Sequence record: PV754031.1
Reading direction: 5' to 3' (one strand)
Length of the DNA stretch: 64,000 nt
Position numbers and translations under genes: made by a program. Shown one piece after another: positions 40,774 through 50,587 of this stretch. The first letter of the stretch is position 1. Each line of letters opens with the position of its first letter. Under the pieces are notes generated by a model. The model ran no database searches. It worked only from the letters and a program-made list of their open reading frames with translations, and had not been told where the DNA came from.

Positions 40774-42807
40774 ATGAATCTTAATCGTTATAAAGCGCGT
40801 GATCTTCTAAATCTAAGTTATGATGATTTATGGTCACTCCCTTCAGAATGGCATCTAATCGAATTTGATGATGGTAAAACGGTTGTGTCAGTTGACCGTA
40901 TTACCAAATTATCCGTTCTGTGTTGGTATCCTCTTAAACATTATAAAGATTGCCCAATTCCATCTGATCACCATATCGATTTCAATCGCATCTTAACTGA
41001 TAACCCTAAAGATTATCTAAATGTTGAAGGTGGCCGAGTAACATCTAAGGCCATGGTTAAGCATTTAAATAAGGCTATTTGGAACATCTATGATTGGTCA
41101 GGTGAAACAGTAGATCCTGAAGTACTATCTAAACTGGCTATTGAAGGTAAGAACTGGCTGTATAATCAGACCACTGTGAAACTGTCTGAATATCTAGCAA
41201 CCTTGTCGATGTTTGATATTGCTGAAGTATATAATCATCCCAAGGTACGTGAGGCTAACCATAATATCGAACCAACTACTTATGGTATCGAAAAAATTAG
41301 TTATGGTAAAGTCAAAGAAGTATTTAATGATCCTACCCAATTCATTGGTAACAGCATCATTGAAGGTCTTCGTTCTGGTACTCAGAAAACTGAACAGCTT
41401 CTACAAGCATTTGCTTGGCGGGGCTTTCCAACTGACATTAACTCAGATATCTTTAAATATCCGGTAACAACTGGTTATATTGATGGTATTTGGAATCTGT
41501 ATGAGAATATGATTGAATCTCGTTCAGGTACTAAAGCACTACTATATAACAAAGAACTACTGCGAGTAACTGAATACTTTAACCGGAAATCTCAGCTTAT
41601 TGCACAATATGTCCAAAGGCTACATCCTGGTGATTGTAAGACCACAATCTTAGCTGAGTATCCTGTAACTAAGTTAACTTTAAAAGCATTCAAAGGAAAA
41701 TATTATCAAAAAGAAGATGGTAAACTAGACTGGATCCGTGGAAATGAAACACACCTAATTGGAACTAAACAGAAATTCAGGTCTGTATTTGGATGTAATC
41801 ATCCAGATAGTCAGGGTATCTGTATGACTTGTTATGGCCGACTAGGTATCAATATTCCAAAAGGAACTAATATCGGTCAGGTTGCTGCCGTATCGATGGG
41901 TGACAAAATTACTTCAGCAGTATTGTCTACTAAACACACCGATGCGTCTTCTGCTGTAGAACAATATAAACTTGGCAAAATTGAAAGTAATTATTTAAGA
42001 ACAGGTGAAATCCCAGAGACACTATATCTAAAGAAAGAACTTACTCAGAAGGATTATCGTTTAGTAATCGCACGGTCAGAGGCAGAAAACCTTGCTGACA
42101 TTTTAATGATTGATGACCTTACTGCATATCCAGCTACTTCAGCTACTGAACTAACCAGCCTGGCCCTAGTCTATGATGATGAGGTGAATGGTGAATGTGG
42201 TGATGTTCTGACTGTGTCGCTGTATAACCGTAGGGCTAGTCTATCTATTGAAATGCTAAAGCATATTAAGATGGTCCGTTGGGAACTAGATCAGCGAGAC
42301 AATATCGTCATTAGTCTTCGTGGTTTTGATTTTAACCTACCATTCTTAACGCTACCAAATAAGCACGTAAACATGTATGAAGTAATGAAACGATTCCAAA
42401 GTTTCTTACATTCCGGTAGTGACTCAGCCGAGGCAGGTAAACTAAGCACTGAGAAAGTTGGATATACGTCTAAAACGTATCTTAAAAACTACAAGTCACC
42501 AATTGAAGCACTACCTGTATTTGCAACAATGGCTAATGAAAAGATTAGCCTTAATATTTCCCATTGTGAGATCTTGATATACGCTATGATGATCCGTTCA
42601 GCTCAATATCGAGACTATCGCTTACCTAAACCCGGTATTAATGGCCAATTTGAAAAATATAATAGGCTAATGCAATGTCGTAGTTTAGGTGGTGCGATGG
42701 CTTTCGAAAAGCAGCATGAGCCACTAAATAACCCAGGCAGTTTCCTTAACAAGATGAGGAATGACCATCCATATGACTTACTAGTTAAAGGTGGTAAACT
42801 GCGATAG
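40774..42807 (+). CDS. rpoC: nvRNAP beta-prime C-terminal subunit (gp74)
   Basis: GIC..CYG zinc motif, NIGQVAA and VLSTKHT; GAGGT SD. Confidence 0.93.
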   Translation: MNLNRYKARDLLNLSYDDLWSLPSEWHLIEFDDGKTVVSVDRITKLSVLCWYPLKHYKDCPIPSDHHIDFNRILTDNPKDYLNVEGGRVTSKAMVKHLNKAIWNIYDWSGETVDPEVLSKLAIEGKNWLYNQTTVKLSEYLATLSMFDIAEVYNHPKVREANHNIEPTTYGIEKISYGKVKEVFNDPTQFIGNSIIEGLRSGTQKTEQLLQAFAWRGFPTDINSDIFKYPVTTGYIDGIWNLYENMIESRSGTKALLYNKELLRVTEYFNRKSQLIAQYVQRLHPGDCKTTILAEYPVTKLTLKAFKGKYYQKEDGKLDWIRGNETHLIGTKQKFRSVFGCNHPDSQGICMTCYGRLGINIPKGTNIGQVAAVSMGDKITSAVLSTKHTDASSAVEQYKLGKIESNYLRTGEIPETLYLKKELTQKDYRLVIARSEAENLADILMIDDLTAYPATSATELTSLALVYDDEVNGECGDVLTVSLYNRRASLSIEMLKHIKMVRWELDQRDNIVISLRGFDFNLPFLTLPNKHVNMYEVMKRFQSFLHSGSDSAEAGKLSTEKVGYTSKTYLKNYKSPIEALPVFATMANEKISLNISHCEILIYAMMIRSAQYRDYRLPKPGINGQFEKYNRLMQCRSLGGAMAFEKQHEPLNNPGSFLNKMRNDHPYDLLVKGGKLR

Positions 42808-42865
42808 ACGTGGAGGACGTGAGGTTTGGGGAGCACTGCTCCCCTTACCGATCGTTGATTTTTTT

Positions 42866-44404
42866 ATGAAACCGATTCTTACAGCAGAACGATACACCCA
42901 TGGTGTTCGTTTATCCGGTTACGATCGGGAAACATACTTAAAGATGACTGGATATCTTAATAAACTGGTTTTAAAAGAACCTAAGAAGATACCTGGTCAA
43001 CGCACCATAATGGAAATAAAGAAAAAATATTATGGTGAAACAGAAGATGGTAAATCTGTATTCATCCATCGTGAATGTCTTCAAGAACTTATTAATTATC
43101 TAGCCGATAAGAATATACCATCTACTAGAATTGAAATTGTAGATATTCCTGTACCAACAGCTGTTAAAGTAGACTATACTTTATTTGAACATTATGTTCT
43201 AAGGGATTATCAGGAAACCATCCGCGAAGATATTCTAAGACCACATTTACATTCAGCACGTGTTGATTTACAGACTGGTAAAGGTAAAACCTTAACTAGT
43301 TTAGCTTCAGTTGCAGTAATGAAAGAACGTGGTGTTGTTATGATTCCACCTAAATATTTCGGTATTTGGGAGAAAGCATTAAAAGAAACATTTGTTGGTT
43401 ATGAAGATCAGCTAGGTATAAAATATTTAAAAGTATCTGGATCTGCTGAGTTACAGAATCTAATTAATCGCGGACTAGAGAATGATTTAGAGGGTGTTGA
43501 AATTATTCTCATTAGTTCTACAACATACCGTGCATATATCGATACTTTTGAACGATTAGGTGAAAAAATCGATGTAGTTGGATTTAATGTACCACCACCT
43601 AGATTCCATGAGGTTATTGGAGCAGGTTGGCAGATCAATGATGAGATTCAAGAAGATCCAGGATTAGTATTTCGTACTGATCTATATACCAATGTCAATA
43701 AACAAATCTATTTATCAGCTACTCCATACACTGGTAATCAGTTTGTTACTAAAATGATTGATGTCATGCTACCTGCCACTACAAAGTGTAGGTTACCTGC
43801 ATATGACTCATACATCAATGTTATTGGCTTGTTATATAGTGAACCAACTATTAAACCTAAGGACTATTTAACTCCATTTAAAAATACATATAACCATGCT
43901 CGTTATGAAACAGTAATGATGAAGAATCCTAGGCGACTAGACTTCTATTTAAAGATGGTTAAACGTATTGTAGATGGCGTTTATATAAAGGATCGTATTG
44001 AAGGTCAGAAATGTTTGCTATTATGCGCGACTGTAAACTTTATCGATGTACTGACAGCTTATCTTAAGAAACAATATCCAGATCTTCAGATTAATAGACA
44101 TGTTTCGGGTAGTCCGTATGATAGATTAATGACTAATGATATCACTGTATCAACTATTAAATCATCTGGTACTGGTGTTGATATTAGGAATTTAAGGGAA
44201 GTTATTCTATTACAAGCAACTGACTCTAAAAAGGACAGCATCCAAATTCTTGGACGACTAAGACCATTGAAGAACTGGCCTGATGTAATACCAAGGTTAA
44301 CATTCATGGTTTGTAATAACATACCTCATCATTGCAGATACGCTAGAAATAAAGAAAATCATTTCATGGGTAAAACTAAAAGTATGCGCATGATGCGTTT
44401 ATAG
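42866..44404 (+). CDS. Superfamily 2 helicase (gp75)
   Basis: LRDYQ Q-motif, TGKGKT Walker A, NDEIQE, LSAT, GTGVD and QILGRLR; start uncertain (42791 or 42866). Confidence 0.9.
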   Translation: MKPILTAERYTHGVRLSGYDRETYLKMTGYLNKLVLKEPKKIPGQRTIMEIKKKYYGETEDGKSVFIHRECLQELINYLADKNIPSTRIEIVDIPVPTAVKVDYTLFEHYVLRDYQETIREDILRPHLHSARVDLQTGKGKTLTSLASVAVMKERGVVMIPPKYFGIWEKALKETFVGYEDQLGIKYLKVSGSAELQNLINRGLENDLEGVEIILISSTTYRAYIDTFERLGEKIDVVGFNVPPPRFHEVIGAGWQINDEIQEDPGLVFRTDLYTNVNKQIYLSATPYTGNQFVTKMIDVMLPATTKCRLPAYDSYINVIGLLYSEPTIKPKDYLTPFKNTYNHARYETVMMKNPRRLDFYLKMVKRIVDGVYIKDRIEGQKCLLLCATVNFIDVLTAYLKKQYPDLQINRHVSGSPYDRLMTNDITVSTIKSSGTGVDIRNLREVILLQATDSKKDSIQILGRLRPLKNWPDVIPRLTFMVCNNIPHHCRYARNKENHFMGKTKSMRMMRL

Positions 44405-44410
44405 TAAATG

Positions 44411-44462
44411 GCATAAATGATCCCTCCCTTAGTTGGGAGGGATTATGCTTTTTTTTATTTTT
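44411..44462 (+). terminator. Intrinsic terminator
   Basis: ATCCCTCCC-TTAGTT-GGGAGGGAT with GCATAA/TTATGC flanks and a T tract. Confidence 0.85.
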
Positions 44463-44485
44463 TGTATTTAAAGCATTTTAAACAG

Positions 44486-44493
44486 TATATCAC
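44486..44493 (+). promoter_or_regulatory. Early-type promoter variant
   Basis: TATATCAC upstream of the small-protein cassette. Confidence 0.45.
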
Positions 44494-44522
44494 AAATGTG
44501 ATAAAACTATAGGGTATTTACA

Positions 44523-44588
44523 ATGAAGAAAAAATTGATTATGATTACAATTGTAGTTATAGCTTATAAACTATGGGAGTGGAAATAA
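44523..44588 (+). CDS. 21-aa hydrophobic peptide (MKKKLIMITIVVIAYKLWEWK)
   Basis: AGGGT SD; TAATG-coupled to the next ORF; not in the ORF track. Confidence 0.5.
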   Translation: MKKKLIMITIVVIAYKLWEWK

Positions 44589-44845
44589 TGTATACAGTTG
44601 ATCAGATCTTTGGTGCAACATGGCTTCTAGTCAGTACTTTGATCTTAGTTGATATTCTTCTAACATGCATGCTGATATTTATTATTAAAACATATCTTGA
44701 GTTTAAAGATATCTTTAATAAAAGTGCATGTCAGTACGCTATGCTTTTTCTCTCCGTAAGCATTGTATTAGTTACCATATGGGTAAGTACTATTGTTAGT
44801 TGCTGGACTAACTATTCACTGACATGTACAACTTATCTATTTTGA
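44588..44845 (+). CDS. Small membrane protein, about 2 TM segments
   Basis: TAATG overlap supports the start at 44588; hydrophobic stretches. Confidence 0.6.
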   Translation: MYTVDQIFGATWLLVSTLILVDILLTCMLIFIIKTYLEFKDIFNKSACQYAMLFLSVSIVLVTIWVSTIVSCWTNYSLTCTTYLF

Positions 44846-44857
44846 TGAGGTGTCTAT

Positions 44858-45049
44858 ATGGCTCGGGTATTGTTATTTTTAGTACCACTATTAATTGCAT
44901 TTAGTGGATTAATAACTTCAATTATATTTCTTGCTGCTGCTAAAACAATCAAACAAAAAGCAATGATTGTAAGTGGCTTGATTTGCAGTATGTTTACCCT
45001 TATGTTAGGGTTGTGGTTATTTAATATGATAATCATGCATATTAAATAG
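44858..45049 (+). CDS. Small membrane protein, about 2 TM segments
   Basis: GAGGTG SD; 63 aa, highly hydrophobic. Confidence 0.65.
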   Translation: MARVLLFLVPLLIAFSGLITSIIFLAAAKTIKQKAMIVSGLICSMFTLMLGLWLFNMIIMHIK

Positions 45050-45104
45050 ACATGCTATGTAAGAACAATTGATCATTGTTCTCTAATAATAAGAGCATCC
45101 CACT

Positions 45105-45299
45105 ATGGTCTTTTTGTGTCAACTTATAGTAATAGCCCTTGTGGCTAGTATGGGATATAAAAGTTATCAGATTTATCTTTATGTCAAGTTTGACTTAGAT
45201 AAAGATAGTATTAAATCCCGGTATGTTCGCCAAAAGACACTGCTTGTTGTTTTATATGGCTTCTTTGCTTTATTCCCATTAGGATATCTGATGGTTTAA
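45105..45299 (+). CDS. Small membrane protein, about 2 TM segments
   Basis: 64 aa with two hydrophobic segments around a basic loop. Confidence 0.55.
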   Translation: MVFLCQLIVIALVASMGYKSYQIYLYVKFDLDKDSIKSRYVRQKTLLVVLYGFFALFPLGYLMV

Positions 45300-45394
45300 T
45301 AAATATTACCCTGCCTTTTATTGGTGGGGTAATATGCCATCTTTATATCAAAAGACTTTTGAATATCATATCCCACCCTGATAAGGAGTAGACC

Positions 45395-45538
45395 ATGCAA
45401 GTACGAATTGAGGTAATCAATAGTGAGGGCAATCTGGATATCGAAGAACGGGTTGATATCCGCCCAATGAAGGGGTTAACGGCCTGGATGGTCGCTCTAG
45501 CTATCAAAGGTCTTGTAGCTAGCTTTGCACGTAAGTAA
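45395..45538 (+). CDS. 47-aa protein with a hydrophobic C-terminal helix
   Basis: TAAGGAG SD; MQVRIEVINSEGNLDIEERVDIRPMKGLTAWMVALAIKGLVASFARK; not in the ORF track. Confidence 0.6.
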   Translation: MQVRIEVINSEGNLDIEERVDIRPMKGLTAWMVALAIKGLVASFARK

Positions 45539-45541
45539 GGC

Positions 45542-45592
45542 GACATAAACCCCTCTCCATGTGGAGAGGGGCCTGTCTTTATTTTTTTTTAT
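45542..45592. terminator. Bidirectional terminator
   Basis: CCCCTCTCC-ATGT-GGAGAGGGG followed by a T tract. Confidence 0.8.
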
Positions 45593-46086
45593 TTAGTTAA
45601 CGGCTTGTTTAATTCATTTAACTGGTTATTGTTATTAACAGCTTCATTATGGGTAATATTTCTACATAATTCAATTATGTATTCTACCTCAGAATAAGCT
45701 AATTCAAAGAATTCAGTTAATGACATATTAGATAAGCTACCTACTTTATACTTGAAGAAATCTCTAGTCAGTCTCCTTCTCAACCCACCTTCGATAAAGT
45801 CCTCTTTAGGATTTACCTTATTTAACCACATGGGTCCGTTTTCTGGTGAACCGATATCGTAATCAAGTAGATATGCTTCTCTTGTTAAACGTGCTGCTGT
45901 AGACGGTCTTACTGCCCCTACTGTCGATAATAGTCTATCTAAGTGTGTATCATCTTCAGTTAACTTATCATAACCAAAGTTTGGATGTAGGATGTGACCA
46001 CTATCTTCCTTGAAAGTGGCCTCAAGACGACTATATCTCAGATCATTAACTACACCATCCGGTTTGACTTCGAGGCCGCCAAAGTA
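45589..46086 (-). CDS. gp76-like coding region, probably the -1 frameshift extension of gp77 (165 aa)
   Basis: Frame open 46104 to 45589 with no ATG/GTG/TTG until 45831; entered via the T7 slippery run at 46092-46086. Confidence 0.7.
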   Translation of the reverse strand, partial: YFGGLEVKPDGVVNDLRYSRLEATFKEDSGHILHPNFGYDKLTEDDTHLDRLLSTVGAVRPSTAARLTREAYLLDYDIGSPENGPMWLNKVNPKEDFIEGGLRRRLTRDFFKYKVGSLSNMSLTEFFELAYSEVEYIIELCRNITHNEAVNNNNQLNELNKPLTK

Positions 46087-47651
46087 AAAAAAGTTGACAG
46101 CATGTCAATAGGGATTAAGTGTGGGAAACGTTCTTTAAATTTAGTAGCAGCAGGTGACTCACATACTGGACAATTCCAACTTGTAATTGCAATCATTCCA
46201 ATTAGTTGTGAATCAATGAAGTTACTCACCGCATTAATAAAGCGGTCATTATATTCCGGTGTGGATAGAATATTAGTTAAGAACTTTTCAATAGTTTCAC
46301 GATTAGTGGTTGCAGTACGAATATTGTCTTCAGAACTTTCACCATCGTCATCTTCACGTACTTTAATTTCTTTAACAAAATGTGAGAACTGACGGGCAAT
46401 AGAGATCTTTTGTAAACGTGCAATATACTGAGAACGTTGCGGACCATCGACTGGTTCATTAAAACTACCTTGAGTCATATCGATAATTGAGTTAATCCAA
46501 CTATCACCAGACTCTCGGCGATCAGCAATTGTACACATCTCAAGAACAACACCAACGTCACCAAACATTTCAGTTACTTGAGTTTCAATACGGAATCCTT
46601 CTTTATAAGTCTTAAGATCAGATTCAGTACATGCATTAAACTTACGTGCAATATATTTCTTTTGTTCTTCTGAGAATGCCAGTAGATCATATTGAACAAG
46701 CGTTGACATATTAAGTTTCGCTGTTTCAATATGGTTACATGTATTGGCATCTGCAATGCATGGATAACTATAATTAAATCCATCTGGATACATAGTCGCC
46801 GCTAGTGCGTGATGCAAGAACGGCTCATCAGCTACTGAGATAACATGCTCTAGATCAGTTGGGGTGTTGAACTTATAGTTGGATTGAATAACACATGCAA
46901 GTGCTAAACTACTAACCATGTTAAGTAACACAGCTGCCATGTTTGAGAACAGCATACCTTTTGATTCAGCGCCTAGCCGGATCTTTAATTGTGCTAGACG
47001 TGCTTGTAGGGCAGCTACTTCAGTACCAGTAGGTGCACGTAGTTTTACCCAAATACCTGAATGAGGTAGGAAAGTATCATATGGCGTACCGATGTTAGCT
47101 TTACGTGTTAGGAAAACTAGAGTTTCATCATCGGTCATTTTACGACCATTGGTATTAAATACAGGTCGGCCAGGTCGAATGATCTTTTCACCATAAGGAA
47201 TTTCACTAGACCATTCAGAACCTTCTCGGGCAGTTGCACCGATTGGTGCATCTTCAACAATAGAGTGAGCTAAGCCTTCCAGAATAGCAGCTGTCCACTT
47301 TACACCGTCACTAGTGTCATCTACTTTATTATCAGCAAATGCTTTAAATAGTTCTTTATTGTGATCCAGGAAATTATAAACAGTCTGGGGATTCTCACGT
47401 AGTAAAGTAAGAATGCTAGCACTATCTTTAATAGCCGGTTCAGAAGCATCCCGGATATTTCCAGTTTTAGCATTACGTGGAATACGTAGTTTAATTTCTT
47501 TTTGATCAGGAACGAAAGGTGGAGTTTCCACCTCGTCATTATTTTCAATACTAGAGTCAGGATCGTGTTGCGCATTGATCTCATCAATTTGATCTAGTAA
47601 ATTCTCTTCTGGAGTATCATCGTACTCATTATCGAAGTCAGCAGTAGCCAT
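46050..47651 (-). CDS. Conserved gp77-like protein (CxxC; possible tail or baseplate assembly chaperone)
   Basis: 533 aa, NCPVCES; ends LSTFFTL.. across the slippery site; GGAG SD. Confidence 0.85.
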   Translation of the reverse strand: MATADFDNEYDDTPEENLLDQIDEINAQHDPDSSIENNDEVETPPFVPDQKEIKLRIPRNAKTGNIRDASEPAIKDSASILTLLRENPQTVYNFLDHNKELFKAFADNKVDDTSDGVKWTAAILEGLAHSIVEDAPIGATAREGSEWSSEIPYGEKIIRPGRPVFNTNGRKMTDDETLVFLTRKANIGTPYDTFLPHSGIWVKLRAPTGTEVAALQARLAQLKIRLGAESKGMLFSNMAAVLLNMVSSLALACVIQSNYKFNTPTDLEHVISVADEPFLHHALAATMYPDGFNYSYPCIADANTCNHIETAKLNMSTLVQYDLLAFSEEQKKYIARKFNACTESDLKTYKEGFRIETQVTEMFGDVGVVLEMCTIADRRESGDSWINSIIDMTQGSFNEPVDGPQRSQYIARLQKISIARQFSHFVKEIKVREDDDGESSEDNIRTATTNRETIEKFLTNILSTPEYNDRFINAVSNFIDSQLIGMIAITSWNCPVCESPAATKFKERFPHLIPIDMLSTFFTLAASKSNRMV

Positions 47652-47662
47652 TTAAAACTCCA

Positions 47663-48157
47663 TTATTGTTGAATTAGTTTTTCGTCCCAACCAGCTTCTC
47701 GAAGAGTGCCGATCATCGCTAGGATTACACCATCAATACCGCGTTCAATAGCACCTTCAATACCAGTGTATTTAGTAACAAGTTCACTGATGAGTTTTAG
47801 TTCATCTTCATTATTTGCTGGACCAGCCTTACCTTGATGTTGTGCATATAGGACACTGATAATTTTAGTTAGTCGATTAAGGTCAGCAATAACTGTTTGT
47901 AGGTTCTTTTGGAATCCAGTAGGATCAGATAACGTCGGAATGATTTCATTGATCTTATTGATAACTGGATTAATGAATACTTCAGTTTGTAGAATACGTT
48001 TACCTACGGAACCTGCTAGTACATTGACAACATCCCAACCATCACGGTTAAGAATATGATCAGCTGCGGCAGCTGATGCTCCAACTGCACGTTCAAATAG
48101 ACGTAGAGTCTTTTCCTGTTCTTTAGTTAGAGTTGGTTCTTTAGCTTTATTTGACAT
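47663..48157 (-). CDS. Conserved hypothetical protein (gp78-like)
   Basis: 164 aa with GGAG SD. Confidence 0.8.
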   Translation of the reverse strand: MSNKAKEPTLTKEQEKTLRLFERAVGASAAAADHILNRDGWDVVNVLAGSVGKRILQTEVFINPVINKINEIIPTLSDPTGFQKNLQTVIADLNRLTKIISVLYAQHQGKAGPANNEDELKLISELVTKYTGIEGAIERGIDGVILAMIGTLREAGWDEKLIQQ

Positions 48158-48295
48158 CTTGTTATACTCCGATAGAGGCTTAATTTAATATTTGCCAATA
48201 TAAATTGACAAATGAAAAAAATGATTAGTTCAACATATATTTAACACATTTGGTAATTTTACACTATATTAAAGAATAACTATCTGTCCAACCCT

Positions 48296-49186
48296 ATGTT
48301 AATAATTCCGTATAAAAAGGATATCGTCATGAAAGATTTCATTGATAGTTATCTTACGCCTCTTATACATGAAGAGCGTAAAGAAGTTATCCTAGACTGT
48401 GTAGCATCTTTTGAAAAGATCAATTATGTTGCAGCTCTAGATGAACTAAATACAGTATGTCAGATTCAATCAGGTATCTCAGATAATGCAATGCTTCTTT
48501 CTCGCATTGATGATATCATTCGCATTGCACAAGATGAAATTCTAAATGAGCATCTTATTAAAATTAGTGATGAAGCAACTCAGGCTGAGCGGCAAGCTGT
48601 TGTTAATACACTCCTTAGTTTAGAAGATTACATTATTCCAGATGAAGTGAATGATATTCTGTTAGCCGAATATTCACCCGAAGAGACGTTAGCACATCTG
48701 GTAGAACTTATCGATACAAGTGTAGATTTCTTAAATATCATTGACTTAATTGAAAGTGTATCACCAACACTTATTAGTAATATTACATCATTTATTCAGT
48801 CAGTACTTACTACCCGTGGTCAAGCATATGGCAATGTAAGTAATGTCGAACGGATTAATTTAATTAATCGCCTTATTCGTATTCATACGCGGGCATCATT
48901 TAAGTTAGCTATGGAACTAGTTAATGCAGGATTACGTGTTGGTAAAAGGAATATTGATGACCTATTACAAATTTCATTTGGCCCATTAGATGCTATGACG
49001 CCTATTGAAGTTGCTAAAGAAATTGTCGGATTGGTATTAATTTCAAATACTGAACAGAATGAAATTAGTAGAACCGTAATGAGTATTATAGATGATTTCA
49101 CATCTAACAATATTGAACGATCTATTATGGAAAATGAAGCTAAAAAGATTTTAAATAGCATAGGTGATACTAATGAAATTACGTGA
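48296..49186 (+). CDS. Conserved gp79-like protein
   Basis: 296 aa; AAGGA SD favours MKDFIDS at 48329. Confidence 0.8.
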   Translation: MLIIPYKKDIVMKDFIDSYLTPLIHEERKEVILDCVASFEKINYVAALDELNTVCQIQSGISDNAMLLSRIDDIIRIAQDEILNEHLIKISDEATQAERQAVVNTLLSLEDYIIPDEVNDILLAEYSPEETLAHLVELIDTSVDFLNIIDLIESVSPTLISNITSFIQSVLTTRGQAYGNVSNVERINLINRLIRIHTRASFKLAMELVNAGLRVGKRNIDDLLQISFGPLDAMTPIEVAKEIVGLVLISNTEQNEISRTVMSIIDDFTSNNIERSIMENEAKKILNSIGDTNEIT

Positions 49187-50522
49187 TTATTTTCTAATGG
49201 GTATCAATGCTGGATTAGATAAGAAACGAGCATGGGTTAACGTTTTATTTAATATCGTTTATAACCCAAATGATGGTGGTGAATATCTATACAAGCCATA
49301 TTTCAAAGATGGTAAAATGTTCTTCTATAAAGAAGGCGATTCTAATGATGAAGTTGTTTATATCGACGATTATATTGAAGGTAAACAACCATTAGCATTT
49401 CGAGATGAATTCATTTTACAACCTGGTGAAATTGAAAACTATAAAGGACCAGGTGCATTAAGAACAACTTATGGTAACGTTTTTGTTAACCATTTAGTAT
49501 TATGTTTACCTTTCGGTGATCTGTTCCCATTCCAATCTGGTTATTTCGATATTGGTAAAGTTGAGAAAGAAATTCTTAACCGCATGATCGATGATCCAAT
49601 TGATGATGATAATCCACCGCGTGCAACTGATGGTAAGTTATATGTATGGCAATATCGGATGTTTGCAGATCATTGTTTAGCATTGCCAGCATATGCTAGT
49701 ACCTTGGTAACATCCATTACTGAGAAATCAATGACCTCTGCACCAGACAGAGATAAGTTACGCAAAGAACTAGAAGAGAAATATAAAGATCGGTTAGATG
49801 ATCCGGCTGTTATTGCAGAAATGGGTAATGCGTTAATCAAGCTAGATGAGGACTATCTAAAAGACGATCCTTCTTATGAGTTCTATGACACTAAACATAG
49901 TAAATTATTTGGTGGCGTGCGTAAGAAAGTATTTGGTATGTTTGGTGGGGAAGCACCATTCCAAGATGGTACATCGGTTGAATATATCGGTAAATCATTG
50001 GAAGAAGGCATTGACACTGACCATATGCCAGTAATGAATAACTCATTACGTTATGGCTCATATAACCGTGGTGCACAAACAGCCCTTGGCGGTGAGTCAA
50101 CTAAAACGATTTATCGAATGGTTGGTACAGTCAGGATTATTATGGAAGACTGCAACACATGGATAGGTATTCCAACCACTGTTCATCAATTTAATAAGAA
50201 AGATTTCATTGGCTTGTCTTATGTTAAGAATGGGAAATCTATCCTTATTGAAGAAACTAATATTGATGAACTAGTTGGCACTGAGATTGAACTACGTGGT
50301 CCAATGACATGTAAGGCCGGTGGTGATCCAGCTAATGGTGTAATAGGTAGAGGTAAGAACGTATGCGCTGTCTGTATGGGTAAACAAATGTCAGAGAACC
50401 CCAATGGCATACCGGCAGCGGCAGCAGGTGTAGGTGGTCGATTCCTATCCATCTTCATGTCTAAAATGCACAGTGCTGTTCTTAAGACTGTTAAATGGTC
50501 TTATCGCGATCGCATCAGTTAA
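49164..50522 (+). CDS. Virion RNAP beta-prime subunit fragment (gp80)
   Basis: RYGSYNRGAQTALGGE; C-terminal CAVCMG zinc motif and FMSKMH; true start probably 49173. Confidence 0.88.
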   Translation: MILMKLRDYFLMGINAGLDKKRAWVNVLFNIVYNPNDGGEYLYKPYFKDGKMFFYKEGDSNDEVVYIDDYIEGKQPLAFRDEFILQPGEIENYKGPGALRTTYGNVFVNHLVLCLPFGDLFPFQSGYFDIGKVEKEILNRMIDDPIDDDNPPRATDGKLYVWQYRMFADHCLALPAYASTLVTSITEKSMTSAPDRDKLRKELEEKYKDRLDDPAVIAEMGNALIKLDEDYLKDDPSYEFYDTKHSKLFGGVRKKVFGMFGGEAPFQDGTSVEYIGKSLEEGIDTDHMPVMNNSLRYGSYNRGAQTALGGESTKTIYRMVGTVRIIMEDCNTWIGIPTTVHQFNKKDFIGLSYVKNGKSILIEETNIDELVGTEIELRGPMTCKAGGDPANGVIGRGKNVCAVCMGKQMSENPNGIPAAAAGVGGRFLSIFMSKMHSAVLKTVKWSYRDRIS

Positions 50523-50587
50523 AATAGATGGAGAAGTTACTCAGCTTCTCCATTATTTAGGTTATAATCAATCGAAGGAACTATTAA

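Noticed and set aside
42828-42865. GGGGAGC/GCTCCCC hairpin plus T tract before the helicase as a riboswitch
   Set aside because: Adequately explained as a partial terminator after gp74; no aptamer features.
45994-46392. 132-aa plus-strand ORF
   Set aside because: Antisense to gp77/76, TTG start, no SD; a shadow ORF.
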